Below, one piece after another: positions 18,743 to 29,470 of a stretch of 64,000 nucleotides of DNA. The notes under the pieces were generated by a model. The model ran no database searches, was not told the origin of the DNA, and saw nothing but the letters and a program-made list of their open reading frames with translations. The stretch is from Candidatus Kaiserbacteria bacterium RIFCSPHIGHO2_02_FULL_49_34 (GTDB lineage Bacteria > Patescibacteriota > Minisyncoccia > Phycocordibacterales > UBA918): positions 87,300 to 151,299 of the forward strand of contig MFLE01000025.1 of the NCBI GenBank assembly GCA_001781205.1. The letters are read 5' to 3'. The position numbers and the translations under genes are program-made. Numbering within the stretch: position 1 is the stretch's first letter; each line of letters starts with the position of its first letter.

Positions 18743-18766
18743 TATACCTCCATGAACGGAGGTGTA
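18743..18766. terminator. Bidirectional terminator hairpin (TATACCTCC-atgaac-GGAGGTGTA) flanked by A7/T9 runs
   Basis: Between convergent genes 18084..18737(+) and 18778..19419(-). Confidence 0.6.
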
Positions 18767-18777
18767 TTTTTTTTTAG

Positions 18778-19419
18778 TTAATCAACACGGACTGATACGG
18801 TTTGTATCTGGATTGGTTTTCCTGTTTCTTGATAGGTCAAGGTTACGTTGTGGATCCCTCGTGAGAGACCTTCGGTTGTACAGACAGCAAACGCTCGCTC
18901 TCCTGCACCAAGTGGCGCTTGGTGGGTCGTTGTTATGCTGCCCTCCCAGTTACATGAGAATGTCCATGCGTTTGTTGCAACCGTTCCGCTATTGTAAACC
19001 ATAGCGCGAATTGCGGGAATCTCATCGCGACTAATTGTTGAACGAGGTACAAAACTTCCGCGCCAGATAGTCCCGAATGCATGATAGCTCATGATTGCAT
19101 GTGCATATTGCGGGATGGTTGCTGCCTGTGTTTTTGGTGCAACGTAGGCACTCTTTGTGAGTGTGCTTTTGGGCGGAACAGGTGCTGCATACGTATTCGG
19201 TACTTCAGAGGTATTTGCAATACCGAGAAGCACTTCACCACGTGCACTTGCTTCGTCATCGGTAACAACAACTGGCTGTGCTCGTTCCGGAATCGCATCA
19301 AACGCCGTCGCTGCATAGCCAATACCACGCACTCCCGCATCAACCACAAACACTGCTGCAGCAAGCGCGAGAATGACCGCAACGCAAAATCCAAGAATCT
19401 GTAATCCAGAATATTTCAT
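18778..19419 (-). CDS. Secreted hypothetical protein with N-terminal signal anchor
   Basis: 213 aa, hydrophobic N-terminus, no known domain. Confidence 0.5.
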   Translation of the reverse strand: MKYSGLQILGFCVAVILALAAAVFVVDAGVRGIGYAATAFDAIPERAQPVVVTDDEASARGEVLLGIANTSEVPNTYAAPVPPKSTLTKSAYVAPKTQAATIPQYAHAIMSYHAFGTIWRGSFVPRSTISRDEIPAIRAMVYNSGTVATNAWTFSCNWEGSITTTHQAPLGAGERAFAVCTTEGLSRGIHNVTLTYQETGKPIQIQTVSVRVD

Positions 19420-19712
19420 AGCCGAAACATACCGCTTTCACTCATATTTGTCAACAAATCCCCATCTTTCAAACGAGTGAGCAAATGAAAGTCGTAGCGT
19501 TAGCGGAGATTTTCATTTGAGAACGAGCGCAGAAAGAAGCGAAGCGTCACACCTGTTGTGCTGTTGTTTTGCGGAGAACCCACAAAAAAGCGCAATTCAA
19601 AACATACATCTCCATGTGCCGCGCACAGAAAGCAAAAACAAGAGACGGAGCGACAGCATAACAGGTGTAGGGACAAAAAACCGCCAATGTAGGCGGAATG
19701 TTGCGGATGTAG

Positions 19713-20975
19713 TTATCCTATCTTCAACTTACCAAAGTATGGCTGAAGCGCTTCAGGGATTTTAATAGTACCATCTGCTTGCTGGAAGTTCTCAATAAGC
19801 GACACGAGAATGCGGGGAGTTGGGACAGCAGTACAGTTAAGTGAGTGCGCATAGCGAAGCGTTCCCTGCACGTCGCGATAACGGATGTTGAAGCGGCGGG
19901 TTTGGAAGTCGTGGAAGTATGATGCGGATGAAATCTCGCGGTACTTTTGTTCACCAGGCACCCAGAGTTCAATGTCATACTTTTTGACCTGACCTTGACC
20001 GAGGTCGCCGCCACAGTTGAGCACAGTACGGTACGGAATGCCAAGGGATTCAATGAATTCTTCGGTATTACGATTAATCCAGTCGTGCCACTTCACACTC
20101 TCGGCATGTGATGCTTCACAAAGCATAACCTGCTCAAGCTTGTAGAATTCATGCACACGGATAAGGCCTTTGACGTCCTTGCTGTATGAACCTGCTTCAC
20201 GACGGAAACATGGTGAGAAACCAAGCATCTTAATCGGGAACTGCGTTTGGTCGATGATGTCGTCGGCGTAGTAACCCATAAGGGAAACCTCTGAGGTACC
20301 AGCGAGGTAGTCGTCGTCCTGGGTTTTGTAGATGTCGTCAACATCGTTCGGGAGATGCCCGGTGCCAAAAAGATTTGGCGCACGAACAATGCTTGGCGGA
20401 AGGAACGGCATGAAGCCACGCTTTGTGAAGAATGCATTGGCGTAGTTCCAGATTGCCCATGAGAGCATTGCGCCATCGCCCTTGAGGTAGTAGCCACGGA
20501 AGCCATGCACTTTTGAGCCACGGTCGAAGTCAACCATGTCGTGCTTTTTCATCAGCTCGACGTGGTCTTTTGCATCGAAGGTAAATGTCTGCGCTTCGCC
20601 CCAATTGTGGATTTCTTGGTTGTCTTCGTCAGACATCCCTTCCGGTACGGACATATCAGGAATCTGTGGCACTTGGAGCATGAGCTTCTGCCATTCCTTC
20701 ATGATATCACGAAGCTTTTCTTCGAGTACCTTAATGTCCTCCTTAACGGACGACATTGATGCAATGAGTGCTTGACGCTTTGCCGAGTCCTGCTCTGCCG
20801 CAATAGCAGTCGAGGCCTGGTTCTGCTGTGCGCGCTTGCCTTCGAGCTCGCTCAAAAGAGCGCGACGCGCGTCGTCTTTTGTGATGAGGTCATCAAGGTC
20901 GACAGTGACGTGCTTTTTTACCGCACCTGCCTTAACGAGATCAAGATTGTCTCGAATGAATGAAATGTCTAGCAT
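19713..20975 (-). CDS. serS: Seryl-tRNA synthetase
   Basis: N-terminal coiled-coil tRNA-binding arm and class II aaRS motifs 1-3 (e.g. FRREAGS..., GTGHLP). Confidence 0.9.
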   Translation of the reverse strand: MLDISFIRDNLDLVKAGAVKKHVTVDLDDLITKDDARRALLSELEGKRAQQNQASTAIAAEQDSAKRQALIASMSSVKEDIKVLEEKLRDIMKEWQKLMLQVPQIPDMSVPEGMSDEDNQEIHNWGEAQTFTFDAKDHVELMKKHDMVDFDRGSKVHGFRGYYLKGDGAMLSWAIWNYANAFFTKRGFMPFLPPSIVRAPNLFGTGHLPNDVDDIYKTQDDDYLAGTSEVSLMGYYADDIIDQTQFPIKMLGFSPCFRREAGSYSKDVKGLIRVHEFYKLEQVMLCEASHAESVKWHDWINRNTEEFIESLGIPYRTVLNCGGDLGQGQVKKYDIELWVPGEQKYREISSASYFHDFQTRRFNIRYRDVQGTLRYAHSLNCTAVPTPRILVSLIENFQQADGTIKIPEALQPYFGKLKIG

Positions 20976-20990
20976 AGGAATTACTATATA

Positions 20991-21905
20991 TTAGATGCGT
21001 AAATAACGCGAGATTGCCACAGCGCTTGAGACGATGCCGAGCGAGGCACCACTTCCCATAACAATAGCGAAGATGCGACCGAAGTCAGCGAGGTAGTAAC
21101 GGAAGATGTTGAGCCCAAAGAACGCATCAGTTGATGGGCCGAGGTAGTAGGCGATAGGATAGAGCAGAATGAGCGTGATGACACCTGCAATAACGCCATA
21201 GAGCGCACCTTGTACCACGAACGGACCACGAATGAAGGTGTTTGATGCGCCAACAAGGCGCATAACCGAAACTTCGTCACGTGCTGTGTAAATGGCAAGA
21301 CGAATGGTGTTGAATGTGATGAGTACGGTCACAAAGACAAGAGTCATCACGATGATTTTGGTAATCTTATCGATGATAGTAACGATGTTGGTGAGGCGGT
21401 CGATAGCTGATTTGTTTTGATTGAAGTTGATGCGGTCAATAATGGTCGCTTCTGCAGACTCGGAAGTCTCATTGATGAACTGCACAATGCCTTCATACTG
21501 TGCGGGGTCGTGTGCGGTAATGGAAATAGAGGCACCGAGCGGATTTTCGCCAAGTTCTTCGAGTGCACGTATGGTGAGCTCATCACCTGCATGGCGTTCC
21601 TTGAACTGTGCAAGCGCTTCGTCACGCGAGAGATATGTTACCACTTTGACATCGCTGAGCGATTCGACTTGTTTGCGGAAGGCGAGAATTGCCTCATCCT
21701 CTGCATCCACGGTGAAGTAGATATTAACATCGACTTTGCTTTTCAACGTGACAAGGGTGTGGTCAAGAAGTGCGCCGAAGATAAGCGAGCCACCAATAAC
21801 AAGTAACGTAATAACCATTACGTAAATTGCGGAAAATGAGACGTACGCACTGCGGACAAAGCCGACCGAGCCAGTGCGAATGATGCGTTTGAGTGAAGTT
21901 AACAT
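20991..21905 (-). CDS. ftsX: Cell-division ABC transporter permease-like protein FtsX
   Basis: Four TM helices with a large periplasmic loop after TM1; adjacent to ftsE. Confidence 0.8.
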   Translation of the reverse strand: MLTSLKRIIRTGSVGFVRSAYVSFSAIYVMVITLLVIGGSLIFGALLDHTLVTLKSKVDVNIYFTVDAEDEAILAFRKQVESLSDVKVVTYLSRDEALAQFKERHAGDELTIRALEELGENPLGASISITAHDPAQYEGIVQFINETSESAEATIIDRINFNQNKSAIDRLTNIVTIIDKITKIIVMTLVFVTVLITFNTIRLAIYTARDEVSVMRLVGASNTFIRGPFVVQGALYGVIAGVITLILLYPIAYYLGPSTDAFFGLNIFRYYLADFGRIFAIVMGSGASLGIVSSAVAISRYLRI

Positions 21906-21999
21906 AGTTTTTAGTTACTAGTAATTAGATCTGAGAAGATAAGCGATATCTACTGCGAGATACGTGAGATTCTTTCAAAATTGAGTTCAGGTGCGCCGG

Positions 22000-22060
22000 T
22001 TGGAGCAAATTTTCTCGGGAGCCGTACCCGACGTACGGTGAGTGAGAAAATTTGCTCCAA
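22000..22060. promoter_or_regulatory. Perfect 17-bp stem (TTGGAGCAAATTTTCTC / GAGAAAATTTGCTCCAA) enclosing a nested 6-bp hairpin (CCGTAC-ccgac-GTACGG) in the ftsE-ftsX intergenic region
   Basis: Exact inverted repeat seen directly; 40 nt after the ftsE stop and 95 nt before the ftsX start. Confidence 0.4.
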
Positions 22061-22098
22061 TCGGTGCAGATGGACCAATTTGGGAAGAAGATCCCGTT

Positions 22099-22782
22099 TT
22101 AGAGGAGATACTTGCCGTTCTTGTCGTCACGGATGATTCTACCCCCATCCATCGTTATGACACGCTTTTCAAGAATGTCGATAACACCTTTATTGTGTGT
22201 GGTGAGAATCACCGTCGTGCCGAGGTCGTTAATCTTTTTGAGAATCTGGACAACTTCGTAGGTTGCTATCGGGTCGAGGTTGCCGGTTGGTTCATCGGCA
22301 ATGATAATGTCAGGCTGGTTGACTAGCGCGCGAGCAATGGCAACACGTTGCTTTTCACCACCGGAGAGTTCGCTCGGGAAGTGATGCATTTTTTCAGCGA
22401 GGTCAACGAGTTCGAGCGCTTGTGGTACCGACATAGCGATTTCATCGTCCGTGCGGCTATTTGCCTCCATGGCAAACGCTACGTTTTCAAAGGCTGTTTT
22501 GCCTGAAAGGAGTTTGAAGTCCTGGAAGATAGTACCAATTTTGCGGCGGAACGACGGGAGTTGCGAGCGCGATATTTTATGAATATCTTGTGATTCGTAG
22601 AAAATCGAACCTTCCGAAGGCTTATCTTCTGCAATAAGCATCTTCAAAAGGGTCGTCTTTCCTGCGCCAGAGTGCCCCACAATCGAGACAAACTCCTTCG
22701 GTGCAATCTGGAACGACACGCTATCAAGCGCGATTGTTTCGTTCTTTCCATAATATTTGGAAACGTTCTCAAAGTAAATCAT
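22099..22782 (-). CDS. ftsE: Cell-division ATP-binding protein FtsE
   Basis: Walker [11 protein letters not shown]-loop, signature [15 protein letters not shown], Walker [13 protein letters not shown]. Start taken at MIYFENV. Confidence 0.85.
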   Translation of the reverse strand: MIYFENVSKYYGKNETIALDSVSFQIAPKEFVSIVGHSGAGKTTLLKMLIAEDKPSEGSIFYESQDIHKISRSQLPSFRRKIGTIFQDFKLLSGKTAFENVAFAMEANSRTDDEIAMSVPQALELVDLAEKMHHFPSELSGGEKQRVAIARALVNQPDIIIADEPTGNLDPIATYEVVQILKKINDLGTTVILTTHNKGVIDILEKRVITMDGGRIIRDDKNGKYLL

Positions 22783-22836
22783 ATGCCTCAGCATGGTACC
22801 ACGGCTCCGCGCTACGTGCAAAAAAATCGTACCCAT

Positions 22837-23511
22837 TTAGGATACGATGACAACGAATTCGCCACGGACGGTGGTTGGGTTGTTTTTATAGTGGTCACGG
22901 ACTTCTTCGGGAGTTCCCTGCACCACTTCTTCGTGCATTTTCGTGAGCTCTCGAGCAACGGTGACCGTACGAGTTTCATCCAAATGCTCTGCGAGTGATT
23001 CAAGTGTTTTTTCAATGCGGTGAACCGACTCGTAAAACATGTGTGGGATTTCGACGTCTTCGGTAATTGCCTTAAAGAAGGTTTCGCGACCCTTCTTGTG
23101 CGGAATAAAACCACGGAAGATAAACTGATTGCCTTCGATGCCAGCAATTGAGAAAGCAGTCGTAATTGCGCTGACGCCAGGAATAGCTTCAATAGAAAGG
23201 CCTGCTTCGCGCACCTTTTTCACGAGGAGTACGCCGGGGTCGGAGATGCAGGGTGTACCTGCATCGGAAACAAGCGCAATCTTCTTCCCTGCAGCAAGGT
23301 CTTCAAGTACCATGTCATGCGTTTTCTCTGAAGCGTGAGCGTCATAGCGTTTTTGAGGAGTTTGTATCTCATATCTTGCAAGAAGAACTCCCGTCACCCG
23401 AGTATCTTCCGCCAAAATATAATCAACCTCACTCAAAATCCGCACCGCCCGGTACGTAATATCTTCGAGGTTACCAATCGGCGTGGCAACAATGTAAAGT
23501 TTTCCGTTCAT
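22837..23511 (-). CDS. rsmI: 16S rRNA (cytidine1402-2'-O)-methyltransferase
   Basis: Tetrapyrrole-methylase fold, N-terminal LYIVATPIGNLEDIT and DAGTPCISDPG motifs. Confidence 0.85.
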   Translation of the reverse strand: MNGKLYIVATPIGNLEDITYRAVRILSEVDYILAEDTRVTGVLLARYEIQTPQKRYDAHASEKTHDMVLEDLAAGKKIALVSDAGTPCISDPGVLLVKKVREAGLSIEAIPGVSAITTAFSIAGIEGNQFIFRGFIPHKKGRETFFKAITEDVEIPHMFYESVHRIEKTLESLAEHLDETRTVTVARELTKMHEEVVQGTPEEVRDHYKNNPTTVRGEFVVIVS

Positions 23512-23526
23512 AATTTTGTATTCCTG

Positions 23527-23597
23527 AATCTCGATTTTAACCTCAAAATAATTTTAAGTATCACACCCAACTTTTGTCATCCAGGAGGGATCCAGCG
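23527..23597 (-). promoter_or_regulatory. Copy A of a conserved promoter/operator-like cassette (functional orientation on minus strand, 16 nt upstream of rsmI start)
   Basis: Read on the minus strand: GCTGGATCCCTCCTGG-ATGACAAAA-N14-TTAAAAT-N10-GGTTAAAATCGAGATT. Shares more than 70% of positions with copies at 44612-44700 and 59566-59640. Confidence 0.5.
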
Positions 23598-23612
23598 TTA
23601 GAGCACTACTCT

Positions 23613-24926
23613 CTAAAGAATCATCGCCGTCAATTTAGGAATATCCCCCGCACCCATAATGAGTACGACCGAGTCTCCACTCGCGGAGACTTTTAACGCT
23701 CCAGCAATCTCTTCAAGCGAATCATACGCAACAACCTTCTTATGTCCACGTTCCTGCGCTCTCGCTGCCAACTTCTCACTCGACGTCCCATACACATTTT
23801 CCTCACGCGCAGCATACGCTGGCGCAAGATACACCTCATCAGCCTCATCAAGTGCTTCCGCAAAATCCTCAAAAAGCTCATGAAGTCGCGAATACGTATG
23901 TGGCTGAAACGCAAGAGTCACTTTCTTCCCCGGATACTTATCCCGAGCACCACGGACTGTCGCCCTGATTTCTGTGGGATGATGGCCATAGTCGTCGTAT
24001 ACCGGCGCACCGTTGAGCTCTCCTTTGTATTCAAAACGGCGCCAGGTGCCTTTGAAATTTGTAAGGGCTTCGCGCGCGACCACGCTCTCTACACCCACAA
24101 AATCCGCCGCTGCGCGCGCCGCCGCTGCATTCAAAACATTATGCATCCCCGGCACTTGAAGCTCAAGCAAAGGATCAGCAAAAGAATGATAATCCACAAC
24201 CTTAGCCGAAACCCCCTCAAGCACCGGCGCAAGATTCACATCCCGCGTCGCACAAATAATCGCCCCATCCTCAGGCACACGAAGCGCAAGCGTCCGAAAC
24301 GCATCCTGCACATCCGCAAGACTCTTATAATAATCAACATGCTCAAGCTCAAGATTCGTAATCACCAGCACATCAGGCGTAAGCGTCAAGAAGTCCCGCT
24401 TATACTCACACGCTTCAACAATAAAATACTTACTCTTCCCTGCACGATAATTACTCTTGGTTGATGCACGAAGCGAACCAACAATCGCCGTCGGGTCAAA
24501 ACCAGCTGCTTCAGCAATATCGATAAGCATCGCCGTCGTCGTTGTCTTTCCATGAGAACCAGCAACGGCAATCAAGTAGTATTGATTCGCCACAAGCCCC
24601 AGCCCTTCAAAATAATTGATGCAGGTAATCCCACGCTCTCGTGCGTGAGCAAGCTCTGGATGGTCATGCGCCATCGCCTCCGTATACACCACAAGGTCAA
24701 CATCATCCGCAATATTTTCCGGCACCTGCGCTGCATAAAATGTCACCCCCTCTGCCTCAAGTGCAGACGTCAAGGCACTCGGCGCCCGGTCCGAACCACT
24801 CACGGACTTCCCCTCATGCAAAAAAAGCCGCGCCAACCCCGACATACCAATCCCCCCCACACCAATAAAGTGCACATGCGAAACCTCAGAAATAGCAACA
24901 GAATTCATACCACCGTTATACCACAC
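23613..24926 (-). CDS. murC: UDP-N-acetylmuramate--L-alanine ligase
   Basis: N-terminal Rossmann (HFIGVGGIGMSGLA), Mur ligase central domain GSHGKTTT and C-terminal domain. Confidence 0.85.
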   Translation of the reverse strand: MWYNGGMNSVAISEVSHVHFIGVGGIGMSGLARLFLHEGKSVSGSDRAPSALTSALEAEGVTFYAAQVPENIADDVDLVVYTEAMAHDHPELAHARERGITCINYFEGLGLVANQYYLIAVAGSHGKTTTTAMLIDIAEAAGFDPTAIVGSLRASTKSNYRAGKSKYFIVEACEYKRDFLTLTPDVLVITNLELEHVDYYKSLADVQDAFRTLALRVPEDGAIICATRDVNLAPVLEGVSAKVVDYHSFADPLLELQVPGMHNVLNAAAARAAADFVGVESVVAREALTNFKGTWRRFEYKGELNGAPVYDDYGHHPTEIRATVRGARDKYPGKKVTLAFQPHTYSRLHELFEDFAEALDEADEVYLAPAYAAREENVYGTSSEKLAARAQERGHKKVVAYDSLEEIAGALKVSASGDSVVLIMGAGDIPKLTAMIL

Positions 24927-24944
24927 ACACCAAAAGATGTCACA

Positions 24945-26664
<1,720 letters not shown>

Positions 26665-26722
26665 AGAGGTACTATACATGAAAATCATGAATTGGTGAAC
26701 TCTGGTTTTGCCTCATTGTCTG

Positions 26723-28081
26723 CTACTCGCACTCTCCTGCAAGAATTGGCTTCCATTCATTCAGAATGGTGTCGAGGGTTTCTTTTGCGGTCATTTCGGT
26801 TTTGCCGGTCACGTATTCGTGAAAGTATTTCTGTGAGATAAGCAGGAGCTCTGCGTAGCGTGGCGAATTCCAGTAATCCTTCACATGCTCGATTGAAACT
26901 GCATATGCTTCGTTATAAGGTGTGCGCTCCTGAAACTTTCTTGAGCTCGTGACGCGACGGAATGATGAGAGCCCTCCACCTTCAGCAAATGCATCTTGTG
27001 TTTCGTATTGCACCCACCAGTCCAAGAATTTGAGCGCCCCCTCTCGATTGCGTGCACCTTTCACGAGCGAAACCCCTTGCCCTGCAAGTTGCACATCGCG
27101 AGACTTCGGACCAAACAGTCCGGCAACATACCCTGTATCTGCCGCATAAGGATTCACTGCAGTATGCGAAATAAAGTTCATAGCGATTGCGGTGTCGCCC
27201 TCGAAAAACCGCGTCCACGCATGTGCATACGCATAGGTACCGATTTCTGGAGGCGCATAGGTTGCAAGCTCGCGGTATAATTCAAGCGCGGTGACCGCAT
27301 CTTCGCCGTTAATATGCCCATCAGCCTTACATGTCGCTCGATCGCCCCATGAGCCGCCATACCCAAAAAGCATCGACCCGTAGAGCATCGTCACGACATC
27401 ATAGAATTCTGAAGCTGGATATACAATGCCATACCTATTCTCATCGGGGCGGTAGAAGAACTTTGCGATGTCGCGCAATTCTGCATACGTGCGTGGCGCC
27501 GCAAGCGCTCGCCCATACTGCTCTCGAAACGCCGCTTGTTCAACGGGGTCTTCAAACCAATCATTACGATATGCGTACACAATAGTATTGGTACCAAACG
27601 GTACTGCATAAAATCTGCCTGATCCTTCTGGATATTCCCCATATCCTCGCGCTACCGATTCACTAAAGGTGCCGAGGATTTTATGTTCCTGCACAAAATC
27701 GGTGAGATCTTCATAGTAGCCATGCTCTGCGCCATACCCAATCCACTGCGAGTCGCCAACCGCTAAGTCAAAGCGGGGATACCCCGATTGCAGTTCTTGG
27801 TAGGTGATATCTTGCCATTTTGCTAGGGATACCTGGTCAACAATCACAGGAATGCCTGTTTCCTCCGTGAATTTCTTTGAGATTTCAGCAACCACATCTG
27901 CGGAATATTGTTCAAACCACATAATACGCACGGGCAAAGGGAGCTGTTCTTCCATTGCCTGTTTTTCTGCCTGAATCTTCTCCGTATACCGCCACACACC
28001 GAACCCGGAAGCCAGGAACACGAGGGCTAGGGCACTAATTACCATAAACGCCACGGTTGTCTTTTTTGTTTTTTGTATCAT
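26723..28081 (-). CDS. Extracellular solute-binding protein (ABC transporter family 1, sugar-binding type), membrane-anchored; paralogue B
   Basis: N-terminal TM/signal anchor, two-lobed periplasmic binding protein signature. About 75% identical to the adjacent 28106..29470 gene. Confidence 0.7.
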   Translation of the reverse strand: MIQKTKKTTVAFMVISALALVFLASGFGVWRYTEKIQAEKQAMEEQLPLPVRIMWFEQYSADVVAEISKKFTEETGIPVIVDQVSLAKWQDITYQELQSGYPRFDLAVGDSQWIGYGAEHGYYEDLTDFVQEHKILGTFSESVARGYGEYPEGSGRFYAVPFGTNTIVYAYRNDWFEDPVEQAAFREQYGRALAAPRTYAELRDIAKFFYRPDENRYGIVYPASEFYDVVTMLYGSMLFGYGGSWGDRATCKADGHINGEDAVTALELYRELATYAPPEIGTYAYAHAWTRFFEGDTAIAMNFISHTAVNPYAADTGYVAGLFGPKSRDVQLAGQGVSLVKGARNREGALKFLDWWVQYETQDAFAEGGGLSSFRRVTSSRKFQERTPYNEAYAVSIEHVKDYWNSPRYAELLLISQKYFHEYVTGKTEMTAKETLDTILNEWKPILAGECE

Positions 28082-28105
28082 ATTTATATATTTCTTATAT
28101 GCGCT

Positions 28106-29470
28106 CTACTGCTGATTACATTCATGTGCGAGAATCGGTCGCCATTCGGAGAGAATCATCTCGAGCGTCTCGCGGGCGCTTGCGGCATTCGCACTGGTAA
28201 GATAATTATAGAAGTGACGCTGCGAGATATCGAGAAGCTCAGCATATCGTGGTGTATTCCAAAAGTCTCGTACATGTTCTATCGATACGGCATACGCTTC
28301 GTTGTACGGGTTAAGGTCTCTGAAGCTTTGTGATGTCGTGACGCGACGGAAGGTTGTGAGTCCGTTTCCTTCAGCAAATGCCTGTTGTGTTTCGTACCGT
28401 ATCCACCACTCAAGGAATTTGAGTGCACCATCTCTATTGCGTGCTCCCTGTACTAACGAAACACCCTGTCCGACGAGTTGCGCATCACGCGATGCTGGGC
28501 CAAAAAGTCCACTGAAATACCCTGTGCTCGTCGCGATTGGGTTGTTATCTAAGTTGGTGATGAAGTTCATACCGAGAGCGACATCGCCTTCGAAGAAACG
28601 ATTCCACGCTTGTGCGTATAAGGAGTTAGACATACCCGGCGGTGTGTACTGATAGAGCTCACGATACAATTCGAGAGCAATCACTGCGCCGTTATTATTG
28701 ATATGTCCATCTGCAACGCACGTCACTCGATTACCCCACGAGCCACCATAGCCAAAAAGCATTGAGCCAAAGACCATCGTCACCACATCGTAGGATGACG
28801 ATACGGGGAATACAATGCCGTATCTGTTTTCCTCGGGGCGGTAGAAGAATTTTGCAATGTCACGCAACTCTTCATACGTACGCGGCACAGAAAGTTCTCG
28901 TCCATACTGCTCCTTGAATGCTGCTTGTTCGACAGGGTCTGCGAACCAGTCGGTGCGGTATGCATATACATTCGTATTCGCATTGAGAGGCACTGAGTAA
29001 TATTTCTCTGAGTCTTCAGGATACTCACCATATCCTCTTGTCGACGACTCGCTGAAGGTGCCGAGGATTTTATGTTCATCAAAAAATGATGTTAAGTCCT
29101 CGTAGTAGCCATTTTCTACGGCATAGCCATTCCATTGCGAATCACCAACAAGGAGATCAAAGCGAGGAAATCCTGAGGCAAGCTCCTGATATGAAATTTC
29201 CTGCCATCTCGGTATCGAGACTTGTTCAACGATAACAGGTATGCCTGTCTCTTTCGTAAAATCCTCTGAGAGCTTCGCAATCACATCTGATTCGAATCGC
29301 TCTTGCCACAAAATGCGTACGGGCATAGTTTTTCCTCCGACTGTTTTCAAATCTTCTGTGCTCGATAGGAAATATCGCTGCACAGAAAACGCAGCATATA
29401 CAATCGCCGTGACCGCCACTATGCCCGCAAGCACAACCAGTATCCTCCTTATTGTTTTATTGTTCTTCAT
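28106..29470 (-). CDS. Extracellular solute-binding protein (family 1), membrane-anchored; paralogue A
   Basis: As above. Overlaps the upstream Cache-like gene by 14 nt. Confidence 0.7.
   Translation of the reverse strand: MKNNKTIRRILVVLAGIVAVTAIVYAAFSVQRYFLSSTEDLKTVGGKTMPVRILWQERFESDVIAKLSEDFTKETGIPVIVEQVSIPRWQEISYQELASGFPRFDLLVGDSQWNGYAVENGYYEDLTSFFDEHKILGTFSESSTRGYGEYPEDSEKYYSVPLNANTNVYAYRTDWFADPVEQAAFKEQYGRELSVPRTYEELRDIAKFFYRPEENRYGIVFPVSSSYDVVTMVFGSMLFGYGGSWGNRVTCVADGHINNNGAVIALELYRELYQYTPPGMSNSLYAQAWNRFFEGDVALGMNFITNLDNNPIATSTGYFSGLFGPASRDAQLVGQGVSLVQGARNRDGALKFLEWWIRYETQQAFAEGNGLTTFRRVTTSQSFRDLNPYNEAYAVSIEHVRDFWNTPRYAELLDISQRHFYNYLTSANAASARETLEMILSEWRPILAHECNQQ

Noticed and set aside
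22042-22326. ORF 22042..22326 (+) starting inside the ftsE-ftsX hairpin
   Set aside because: Mostly antisense to ftsE; its start lies in the right arm of the perfect inverted repeat; no RBS.
26949-28652. Pairs of similar ORFs on the plus strand within both solute-binding-protein genes (e.g. 26949..27149 and 28302..28652)
   Set aside because: Their similarity simply mirrors the paralogy of the two minus-strand binding-protein genes; no independent support.
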